Of a DNA stretch of 64,000 nucleotides, positions 48,101 to 60,100 are shown piece by piece (within the stretch, counting starts at the first letter, position 1; every line of letters starts with the position of its first letter). Origin of the DNA: Asterias rubens (Eukaryota); assembly GCF_902459465.1 (NCBI RefSeq), contig NC_047063.1, positions 8,246,001 to 8,310,000 of the forward strand, read 5' to 3'. The notes beneath the pieces are model-generated. The model was not told the origin of the DNA, ran no database searches, and was given only the letters and a program-made list of their open reading frames with translations. The position numbers and the translations under genes were made by a program.

Positions 48101-51100
48101 CTTTCACTCACCATCCACATGCACCGTGTCGTCAACACCAATCACTCCCATCTTTCACACACTCTAACACCTACTAAATATAAAAGATATCCCTAAACCA
48201 CCCCCCCCCCCTCCCAAAAAAAACATCTTTGTGCTGTGCCTGGCCTTTACACCACAGTGTGTCAATTTTTGTTAAACAATAAAAAACACACATTGTTAAT
48301 TGAATGAATCTCATACATGCAAACTCAGCCGACGGAAAGCCGCACAGTGACCATTATAGCCAGTGACGGCCGTCTTATCTGGCACAAAAGCTCCAAACAG
48401 AGACTCGATGATCTTGTGAAAAAACAAGGAAGTGTGAGTAGCCTCCTCCCAAACCCTCCTCCTCGATCTTCTGTGACCTCTCCATCATGACCTTTACCCT
48501 TTGACCTTTTCCTCTGCAGGTTTATGGCAAATTTGAAAATCTCAACAAACTGTCTCGTCTTTATTAGTAAAGACTTCAGGCCTCGAAATTTGACAAAATC
48601 TCATGTGGTTAAAAGGTTGAGTTGACCAAACTCGTCCAACTCTATTCAGAAACCAATGGATACATGAAACTAAATAACTTACCCTTTTTATAACTGTTCA
48701 ACCAACAAAATGCACCAGGATGATTGAAGAAGATTCAGAAAGTCCTTGAATGTACAGGCCTCGAATGAACCCACGGCAACCACAGCAATTGCAGTGGTGC
48801 CCTTTGCTTTTGCTGCGAGACCCTTCAAGTTCCAATATGAATTTACATTTTCCTCATAGAAGTGCCCCTTACCGGATGAAACTTGCTGTGCCCCTTCATT
48901 AAGGAAATTCAAGCCCTGAGACTTCCTATGATTGTGGTATTTTCTATGAAAGCAACATTACCTTTTTTAAAAGATACAGGCCTGCAATTACAACTCTGAG
49001 ATGGCAAGGCCGTGTACATTTTGCAAGTGCACTTCCACTGAAAAAATCTATGGGGAATGTTTGAAGGGGCACATAGGCCAAGACTAGGGGCAACTGAGGC
49101 TGTGGTCTCTATGTCTTCCCTGTGATGAAGACATTAAAGATATTACAGTTTACAATGCCCACTGCCAATTTCCTTTAAAAAACAATATGCTTGCATTGTC
49201 TTTTTCTCTTAAGTATCCCAAATTCTAAGTTTTGAGCTACACAGATATTCACTTAAGTGCATGTATTACAGACAAAGGCCGGATCCAAATTGGTGACTAC
49301 AGCTTTGGCTACAGCTGTTGCTAAAGGTGTTGCTAATGATGTCCTATAGTTCAACGCATGATGACACGGCTATCCAGTCATAGCTGTAGCCACTAATTCG
49401 GGCACAGCAAAATTTCATGAGGCAATTAATTAATTCATAAATAAAAACACAACTGAAAAGTATTGGCTTTTTACGCATGGGTCATTAGTGGTCTGACTGA
49501 CCTCACCGATTGACCTGATGACCCTATATGTCACATGATCATTCACTGACCAATCAATGAAAATACATGAATACCACATGATCATTCACTGACTAAACAG
49601 GTAGTTTGAATGCATGAAATTGCAAGGAATGTTTTTTAGTGCATGTTGATCAGATTCATCATTGACAGCTCTACTGTATAAATTTGAGTCTCATTTTAAT
49701 TATTAAAGGTTTACACATTTTATGACACCTATTGTATTTGATTAATTATCTAAAATAATAATAACAAATAAAGTGCAAAACTTTATGCTTTGAATCAATA
49801 GACCAATCCACTAGGCTCCGCCCATGGCACACGTGTCAGCAAGAACACGTGAGCCTCTCCAATGCCATTCTGCACAATTCTGCGGCGCACTCACGCATGT
49901 CGGACTCAATTGTCAGATTTTTGGTTGCGCAATGGTTTGTGATAGGTCAATACCCAATGGGGCGGAGCTTAATGGATCGGTCTATTTGGGGTTGGAGCTA
50001 GAGTGTTTGAAGAAGGGAACTAGAAGGAAATTTTTAAATAGAAGGTTTCCTCAATTTATGAAAGTGGTGAAAACATATCATGTCTCTAACCTAGTTGTTG
50101 CCTAAATGTTCCAATTATATTAAACTTGTGTTGTTTTTAAAATGTAAGCTAAGCCATCAGCAATCTAGTACTTTATCCCTCTTAATCTGATCTCTGTCTA
50201 TTCTAACAGCTACCGTGGCCTCGTACTGCTGTGGAGAAACTCCTGTCCGACATGTTTGAGGGCAGCGCTGCTCAGTTCATGGCGATCATCGAGACTCTGG
50301 CGGACAGTACCCGCCGGACGTTACTTACCAGCCCTGCGGCTCCGGACACTGAGGACCACATTCTGGACACGTACACGGAACTGTTCTTTGCTGGTCTGGA
50401 GATTATTTCAGGTATAGTCAGAAAAAGGTTCTCAAAATTGCAATCTGGTGAATTCTGCCTATCGACGATGTCAACACTTCATTTGTGCTAGAACCATAAT
50501 GCCAACATAACCAAACCTCGTTTCCCAGGGTCGATCGATCTCGCCGCGCCATTTTTTTTCTCCAGCATGCCTTGCTGGCTCATAACCCCTGGATCCACTC
50601 TACGCGCACGCTCAAGTAGGGTAACCCGCAAAAGAGCCCTCTCATTCTTCTTCGATCTTGTGATGTGTCTAACTGTATGCAGTTTTGGGTGACCATGTAA
50701 GAACATGAAGCATTTTAAATGGAACCGGATAAAAATAGTTGCAATTTCACACGCACGCACTAAGCGTCCTACAAGCGCCATACAAGTGTTTGAAAGTTTT
50801 TGACAAGCACTCATGCAAAGTAGTCGCCCTGGTAGCCAATTAGTGTACTTTGTCAGTACATCCCTACAAGGGGTTAGTGACGAGAGATATCGATACGATG
50901 CCCTGTCCATGGTAGCCAGGCTTAATGTACACCACAACAATTTTTAGAAAAAATATAATAAAACTTTTGTTTGTTGATCGTTTGTTTTCTAGGAGGGGGA
51001 GGGCACAACCCACGAGGCCCCCACACAGCCACCGATATCAGCCTAGGAGGGGTTACACCCGATAAGAAGAGCCTGATGGATCAAGCTGCCCAGTCTAAGG

Positions 51101-54100
51101 ACGGCATACCCATCGGTGCCATCGTCAAGTTTGTCAAATGGGCGTATAACTTTGAACAGTGGGAGGTGTACGAGACTCTTGTGGAAATGGTCATTGAATA
51201 TCTGAAGGTACGTACTATGAAGAGGGCTCTATGATCTTATTGAATTGAAGTTTTGCCTGAAGTCATTTTAGAAGATTTGTACGGTGAGAAGTGACTCTAA
51301 ACTGAAGGATCTTCACTAGACGAAACATTAAAAGCAAAGGAACCGGCTTGTATCAGAGCCATTACTATGCATAGCCAGGAACCCACAATTAAGAGAACAC
51401 AAGCAAGGAATTTACAGATGTGGGAGGGAAAACCCAGATAAATTTTATAGGGCCCTTAACGAGATTCGAACAGGGGTCCTAGAGGTGGAAGGAGGACAGA
51501 CCCTGAAAAAATTCAATAATATCTCTCCACTGTGCAAAACCTCAAATTCCACATGTTACGTATCTCTGTATTTAATTTGAACGCAGGGTCAGAATGATCA
51601 GCACTACACCGCTGAGATGAAGAGTCTTGAGATCCTACAAGCCATGGATCCTCTCAACCCAGCCAGGAAGTCTAAGAAACCTTATTCACATGCTGAAGAT
51701 AGTAGCATTGCTGACGGGCCATCACAACCACTACCACGCTCACAGAGTAAGTAGAGTCACAGCTTAATCTCAATAAGTAACAAAAATAGTATTAGCTGGT
51801 TCTTAAAAACTTATTTTAACATAACTTTGTATGAGAGATCGCCTAACATCACAGACGGCCACTTCAAGGTGAGAGCTACACTTAACTGATTTGAGCTGTG
51901 GACTTAATTCAACCCACCAGGGGCACATTACCACTTACTCCTGGGGATGAAACAGGGTTACCCCCCCCCCTTCATAGTCCATGTAAGGATGCAGGCATGG
52001 ATTTTTATATATATTTTTGTATGCAAGTTCGCCCAAAACAAGACTAAAAGCCACTCTAGGTAAAGGAAGAAAACATAGAAATGCAGAAACTCAGTGGAGC
52101 TGGAGGTAGGAATTGATATTCTTCTTAAAATATGATACATTATAGGATGAAGGGAAACACACACCAGGCAAGGAGTTCCAAAGAGATGCAGTACAAGTGG
52201 GTATCATCCACTAGGAAACCTGACTGATAGAGCAGAATGCAATACCTTTTTAACCTGTTACAAAGCCTTTGAGAGACTTTGCCAATGTCAGAGCGTCAGG
52301 CCGTCAACTGTTTTTTAAATCAAACAAACAATATTGTTTTGAAACTTGTTGCAATATGTAGGGTTCAAAACCCATAGCCAAATGCTTGTGTCTCATTCTA
52401 TTGATAAATAAATTGTTGATCTTTTATTTGTTGTTGTTTACAGCTCCTCAGCAGCGTTCCGCCTTACCACTGAATGATGACATGGTGCAACTGGCAGAGG
52501 TGCTCTATTCATGCGCTAAAGACCCAATGGCAGTAAGTCATTACTATTATTATTATTATTATTATTATCCTCAGTAAACACAGGTTGAAGAAAAACAACA
52601 AAAGCAAAGGAATGCAATTTCTGAGTTCTGTGACTACTACAATCATAAACATCACCAGGACATGCCTGTCGTAGTTCCTTTGGCTGTGCAGCTAAGCATG
52701 TGTAGTATTTTACTGGTTTAACCAGCACGTTGTGTCCGCACTAGACTATTTGGCTCAGTGACCAAGTTATACCTAAGTAGAGTGTAGACGGTTGAACTAC
52801 CCATTGGACTCGGTTAAGTTACCTATGTGAAATTTTCCTGGCCGCTTTAATACTGGACTTAAAATGGTAAAGTAAATGTAAATTTATTTGCTCATTTAGT
52901 TTTATCTACAGGCGTCTCAAAGTGCTCTTTAATTATTTTTGGGGGAAGACAGGTCTTTGTTGTTTAGTTATGAGACCCATTTGTAAAGATTTTTCTAGGC
53001 ATGTAACCAAAAATGCATACACCGCTTTATACATTTGATTGTTTCGTAGGAATCTGTTGATAGAGACATGGTAGCTGACGCAACACTCTTCCTTTGGAAT
53101 CGTTGCAAGTCCGTCTTCCAGAAGGTTCAGACCGGAGCATCAGACAGTGTGAAGTACCTTCAGAAGATTGATCAGCCTAATAAAGTGAGTAGACTGAAGA
53201 GAAACATTGTTAGTGTCTTTATGGTAATTGACCAAAATATTGCAGCAGCATCAAAGATGAAGTTGTTGTTTTATTTGTTTTTGTTAACAGTTCGATGGTT
53301 TTATTCCTATATAAATGTAGATGTATACAATCAAACTAACATGTGAAAATTTAATTTTCTAAAGGTGGTACTGTTTGTAAGTTGTTGCAAAAATCTGGAG
53401 CGAATATATGTCCACGCAGGAAGAATAATACCTAATAGAAATACACAATCTCAGATAATAATTTAAAGGCATGAAAACTGATATCTTTTTACAACCACAT
53501 TACTTCGAAGAGAAATGGTTCTAAAGATGCTTTATACTATTCGGAAGCTGCTGTAGGTTTCTAAGCGAGAAAACATTTATGTTAAGAGTGGTTACCAAAA
53601 CGAATACTTGAAATGGAATTGTTTTTTAGCTGTCTTATAATGCTGAACCTTTCGGTTTGTTTGATTTGTTTAGTGGGTTCACATCCTAAGCATTGTCCAC
53701 GAGGTGATGTACTGGTGTGGGATTAGCACCATGGACTCTGGAGTGACGGCTGAGGTTGCCATCCGTCTGGCTCTAGTCCTGGAGAACAACGCTGCTAATG
53801 AGCCTGACACAGGTACTGTTTAAAGTTTAAAGGCACTGGACACTGTTGGTAATTACTCAAAATAATTGTTAGCATAAAAGCTTACTTGGTGACGAGCAAT
53901 GGAGAGCTGTTGGTAGTATAAAACATTGTTAGAAACGGCTCCCTCCGAATTAAAGTAGTTTTTTATAAAGAGATAATTTCTCTCTCATTATAAGACTTCA
54001 GGCCTGAAGCCTTTTTTAGGCATCTGAAAGCACAAGTTTGTGCAACAAGGGTGTTTTTTCCTTCAGTTATTCTCTTGCAACTTCGATGACCAATTGAGTC

Positions 54101-57100
54101 AAAATTTCCACAGATTTTTATTTATGCATTCGCTGGGATACACTAAGTGAGAATACTGGTCTTTGACAATTACCAAAAGTGTCCGTGCCGTTAAAGAAAC
54201 TGAAGACATTCTTCTTGACCTCCACCAGAAAATAATGTTGAAATCTTGTTAAAGGCAAAGTGTACCCTTGGTTTTTGGAACAGTTCGGTTGTTTTATTCC
54301 TGTATAGATGTAGATGTACTAGAATGAGAACTGTATGAGCCTATCCCCGTTGCAAATTTAACATCTCTTCTAACCCCTGATGTTTGTTGTTTTGTAGGAA
54401 AGTTGAAGATGAAGACAATGAGTGGTGAGACAGGTTCTGGTGGAAGGCAATCAACAGAGGCTGATAACCAGTCTGTTTCTACCCTCCAGAAAGGTAACAT
54501 TTAAAGCTTACAAAAAAAGTTTTTTTAAATTTATTAAAAGAACAATCAATGTGATTAGTCGCCATTTGCATGAATACGCCACGTGTGTGTAAGGCCTTGA
54601 CTCCATACTTCATTTGTATTGTATTTAAGCATCTGTTTGAGTAAATGGTTTGATTTTTGTTACCTTCGATGTTTTCTTAAATATTGCATTTGTAGTGTAT
54701 TTCTATACCACATGTTCTAGATTTTTTCTCAACTTAGGCTTATGTTTTAACTTTGGTTATTGTACATAATTTGAATGTTATTGTTTGCATTTATCACCAT
54801 GAGCACTTTGATGGATTTGTGCGCTTTATAAAATTTCATTATTATTAACATTACTAGTACATCACCTCTAATACAGACCCTGCATTTGCTACCAGTGTTG
54901 CAAAGATTCAAATACAAGAATGCAGTACTTACATATAAATCATTATCTGACCAAGCTCCAACTTATCTTTGTAACCTTCTCCACACCCGCCAGTCCTTGT
55001 TTAATTTAAGAGCCACTTCTGCTGTTGTATTGAATACCCCATGATCTAAGACAAATGTGTATCATCATCCACTTATTATTTCTGCAGATGCCACTCCAGT
55101 CCCCAAGTCCCCGGCCAAATCACAAGGAGCCAGCGAGGGTGGGCGTGATACGACGACGGGCCTGGGTCGCACCAGCACGTCTCTCTACACCGCCTCCATC
55201 TTGAAGCTGGGCGGCAGGGAGCAACTCTTAGCCGCTCGGGAGATACTAGAGCGAGCTCTTCAGGGGATGTCCAACGCCAGGCAGATTGTGGCGCTTACAG
55301 ATGGGAAGTCTATTGCTGATGTCAGCTGGGTTAAGGTATGGTTTCTTTAAAGCACACTTCGCATAGTTCATCTTAGATATTGAGGCCCAAATTATAGAGC
55401 TGCTTAAACGCAAAAAGTAGCTACGCACTTAAAAAATTTGTGTCTTGCCAAAATCAGTTGAAAGTTGGAGCAAATTTGAAGTTAAAGGCAGGGTGAACTT
55501 TTGGAATTTATTATAAAATCTTACTTGATAAAAAGCACTGAAGAGCTATTGATATTATAAAACATTGTTATAGAAACCTTCGCCTTTGAAGGAATTTAGT
55601 TTCAGAGAAAGAGATAATTTTTCACCCCAAAATTTGAATCTGAGAAAGGCTTCAGGCATGAAGCCTTTCATTGGCATTTTTTTCCCTGCAACTTTGATAA
55701 CCAATTTGACCCAATTTTTTTTCTTATAGTTTGTTATTTTATGCACATGTTACACTTAAGTGAGGATACTAGTCTTTGACAGTAATACCCTTCTTTCAAA
55801 GTACCGTCTTAAAACATGCAATTTTTTTGTTATTTTACAAACTTAAAATCTTTTCCTAAATAGGACACCACATCTACAAAGTCTTCAAAAAATACCGGCG
55901 TTCTTGACGCGGCCGATAAAGACACAACAACCGAGAAAGCTGTTGATAATCCAGAGGGGGTTCACAACACGATCATGGATCTCCATCTTGAGTTGCTGTA
56001 CATGTACCACAGAGTGTGCATCAAACTGGCTAACTCATTAAACGGCGGTAGTGTGAAGACCAAGGCGGCGTCCAGCAAAGGACAGAAGAGTAGAGCCACA
56101 AGTGAGCCGCAACTGGTATGTATTGAAAGAGAGGGCTAGGAAATCAGTTTCCCGGGGTGTCGTGTCTGAGCAGATAAGAGCCCTGAACTCAAGCTCTGGT
56201 GTCTTTGTTCAGCAGAGTGTGGGTTTGAGTTCTGGTTATGACATTTGTGTCCCTGAGCTACACACTTTACTATAATTGCCATAACTTCTCTCCACCCCGG
56301 GGTAAATGTGTATCTGTGAGGGCAAAGATGGTTCTTGTAATTAATTTAGCTCAGTAGCGCAAATTTGTTGCACATACTGTATTACTCCCCAGGGAGCTGA
56401 CATGGTTTAGGATAGAATTAAATGTGATTGTGACACATAGTTTGATGATTCTAAAATCATCTTTTTTCCTGAACATTTTTTCTCTCTTTGATTTGAACGT
56501 TTAGATTCAGCGAGGTGATGGGCACATCGTCCACATCGACACCCATGAAGAGCTTCTCTCTAGCTGTGGTAAGAACATGGTCTCTAAAGCTCTGTTCCTC
56601 ATGCAGAGGGCTTTATCCATGACCAAGTCTGGCACCCCGACTCAAGCACAGGGAGAATATTTACAGGTTTGTTATTTTTTGTTTTCTTCGTCCACATAAT
56701 TCAGGTCCAAAATACTGCTTGACAAATTTCTTTGCTAAGCAAAAATTGATTGGGGCACCAGCCAAAACAATGCAAACTTTGTGATATTTTTGTTTCTGTT
56801 AGATAAGTTTTTGTGCTTACGGGCTTTATGAAATTGGGCCCTGATCTTGGCCTTGGTGCCCCTTTCAAAAGTTTCCTATTGACTCTTCCAATTGAAGTGC
56901 CTCTTGCAAAATGAAAATGGTCTTACCCTCTCAAAAATGAAATTCCAGGCTTTCCTTCCAAGGGTAAGACCTTGTTACAACTCTTTTATTCTAACCCAAT
57001 TATTCTTTATCATCAGGACGCTATTAGTCAGGTGACCAAAGCTCAAGACCAGGAGTTCAAACTGTTCAGTAACAATGCTCCCCAGAAGCAGGGCCAGTCA

Positions 57101-60100
57101 ACCAGTGTCCGTGAGTCAGGCGTCCCACCAGCTCCCTTGCTCCTCAGCCGCACAGACACTACCATGGTGTTCAGACCAGGACCTTTCAAACCAAAACAAA
57201 AGGTATGTTCAGAACTTCTCTAAGAACGGTTTGGTGTACAGGTTACTCACCTTCCACCTTAAAGACCCTGGGTCTAATCATGTCGGGGGCACTATGTGGA
57301 TTGAGTTTTCAGTCCCTGCCTGGCCCAATTTCATGGCTCTGCTTACCGTAAGCAAGGAATTGGCGCTTATGGAAGCAGAAATTCTGTGCTTACGGCAAGC
57401 ATATTTCACAGGTAAGCGGGTAATTTTGGCTTCTGCGCATGCGTACTCAGCGTTACCAGGCATTCTACACTTACAAGGCTAGCGCAGAAATTCAGTGCTT
57501 GCACGTAAGTGGGGAATTGTGATCGTAAGCACAGAATTGGACTGTTGCTGAGGGTGTTGTTAAGGACGCCTCCTTACTCCACACTTCAGGGCATGATGAC
57601 CTGAGAATCTAGCAGAGCTGCCAACTCCTGATTCTGTAGAAGGTTCCCTGAAAATAAACCAAACTTTCCATGTTCCGATGAACAAATTCGAAAACGTCCC
57701 TGAAACTTTGGCCCTATCATGTGAATGTAATTCTAAATATCTCCCTAATTGTTGTACAAAGTCTCCTTTATTGCAAGATGCAAATGTTGGCAGCTCTAGA
57801 TCTCTTGCCGTAGCTGCAGCCGCCATTTCGGACACAGTCTTATATTTCTACTCTATAAATGTTTGATTGTCTTGTGGTTATAATCTAGGTGGCGTGGTAC
57901 AGGTTGTTTGGCAGACTTGCTAGTGGTAGCAACGTTAAGGTCAGGTTGAATGACTACTTCTTACCTGGCACTGGTGAAGAGGTAAGACTGTTTTATCTAT
58001 CAAGTGAGGTTCATGGTGATTTAATCTCTCGGATGAGTTGTAGTGGTATATAAAAGTAAAAAAACTAAAAGTGTTCAAGGCAAAGCATACCTTCCACGCA
58101 GGAAGAATAATCCGTAATTGGTATATACACAATCCGGTCGCTATAGTGACCTGTTGATGCATGGTAGAATAAAATATTAAATGAGTACAGTGAATTATTA
58201 ACGGCAGATACTAGCCTGAACAGGTCCTTACAAATCTACCTTTGACCTTCAATTAATTTGACACAAAGATTCACAGTCTTTTCACACGTGAATAAAACAA
58301 TACTACATGATGTACACAACAGTATGCACACTTACGCTGCATGTAGACGGTCTGAAGTCCATGCTCACTACATTACCTCGGACCAATCATAACACGAATA
58401 TGGAAAGCACACATCACAGCACGTTTATCCAATGAAATCATTGTATCCATTGAAATCATTAGCCCTGTAAGGCCAGTGTCTGATTTTATCCTTGCGGATG
58501 AAGACAGGGGACCAGTCTAAGATTCACTGAGAAAAGTTGTACTCATTTCATTCATTTATCAAATTACACCTTAATTGGCTTATGATGTGTTGGTATTTTA
58601 CTTCTAGGTTCCGGCGTACGATTGCGAGCTTCATGTCTCTGGTCTCCAGACCAATGAGAAATACGTCTTTGCTGTAGCTGCCTACACAGCCAATGGAACC
58701 CTGATTGGTGATAGCATCGGAGATACGACTAAGTCTATCCTGGCATCCCACCCCCTTCCAATACTAATGACATGGGCATTCCTTAGTCAGGTAGGTGCTA
58801 CTGAGTCATTACAGGTTTTGGATACTTTTTGTACGACACAAAACAAAAAAGTCCACAGACTTACATTAAACTTACACGGTTTGAAGATGATGATAGTGGA
58901 AAGCTTAAAATATTACTTGCTGTAATTTTTGAGAAATGAGTAAAACAATTTCACAAAAATAATGTTCATCTCAGTGAGATGAAAATTATTTTAGCATGTT
59001 CAACAGAATACACGACTCTCCTGAAAACATTGCTTTGTGATTTTCACTTTTTGTTGTTGAAAAACTTGTTCAGCTCAGCTGGTGGAGCACCAGCACTTTA
59101 AACCGGAGGTCGTTGGTTCAAGTCCCCCTGTAGTCAAATTTTCGTTGTTCAACCCAAAATCATTTGAAAATTTGCCCAGTCAGTTTCCCTTGTGGTTCCC
59201 TTGGAACACTCTTCCAAATCACATCAAGGATGCTCAGACTATTCATATTTTCAAGAAACTGCTCAAATAATTTGTCAACAAGTGTATTGTTATTAATTTC
59301 ATGTAACTGTCTTGAGCACCTTTGAATTTTTATTTTTATTTTAGTGCTATATAAATGTCTTCTGATTGATATAATCTTTTTTGTTGTTAACAGGCTGCAT
59401 ATCAAGTGGGATGCTACCCTATAGGTCTGACTGCAAGTAGAGTACTATGGGATCACTTTGTAGCTCCAGTACCACCTCCTGAATCTGATATTGAGCTGAA
59501 GACCGCAAGAGAAGACTTCCGTCTTACTCTCAGAAAGTAAGTCCAACCCTTCCTGATGCTTCGTTTTGAAAGAGCAAGGGCACCAAGGCGTTGTCTCCTT
59601 GGTAAAAGGCACCACGGTCAAGTGGTCAGACCACAGGACTTGCAATAACAAGGTTGTGGGTTCAAATCCTACCAAGCTAACCGCTAATTTCACAATGGCT
59701 CGAGTAAGTATTGTTGTCTTAGTTACTGAATCACAGTCCCTTTATTGGTGCAATTCATAATCATAGACGTTAAACCGATGTTTGTATGAGAGTGATTGGC
59801 TGTTACCTGCTTGGTGTTTATAACCCCTTTTGGGAGTTTGCTGAGTTCCCTTGACGGGAAGATCATCTAAACAAACAAACAACAACTAAACCTGTAAAAG
59901 GAAATTGTAAGTTTCTATTACAATGTCTAAAAGTAACCAACAATAAACAGCACTTATGAAGCATACAGTTTCTGACAAATAATGCCATTCATGTGGCACC
60001 TGTTCCATAAAGACAAGGTCCAGGATTTTAATTGCTTGTTTTGAAGAAATAATTCTTTCCTAGGTCAGTTGTTATGAAAGCTGTTTGTAAAAAACTAGTT

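Noticed and set aside
48113-48175. Minus-strand donor ATG|GTGAGT as another nested exon
   Set aside because: All frames from nearby acceptors contain stops.
50488-50940. 150-aa minus-strand ORF
   Set aside because: Lies in a repeat whose other copy (2294-2726) does not keep this frame; no transposase motif.
51302-51330. Third hammerhead-like motif (CUGAAGGA-UCU-UCACU-AGA-C-GAAAC)
   Set aside because: The core is mismatched and there is no stem III or cleavage triplet; could be chance.
59072-59190. tRNA genes (also the heads at 46985, 56157, 59600 and 30553)
   Set aside because: A/B boxes are present but the cloverleaves are incomplete and SINE bodies follow.
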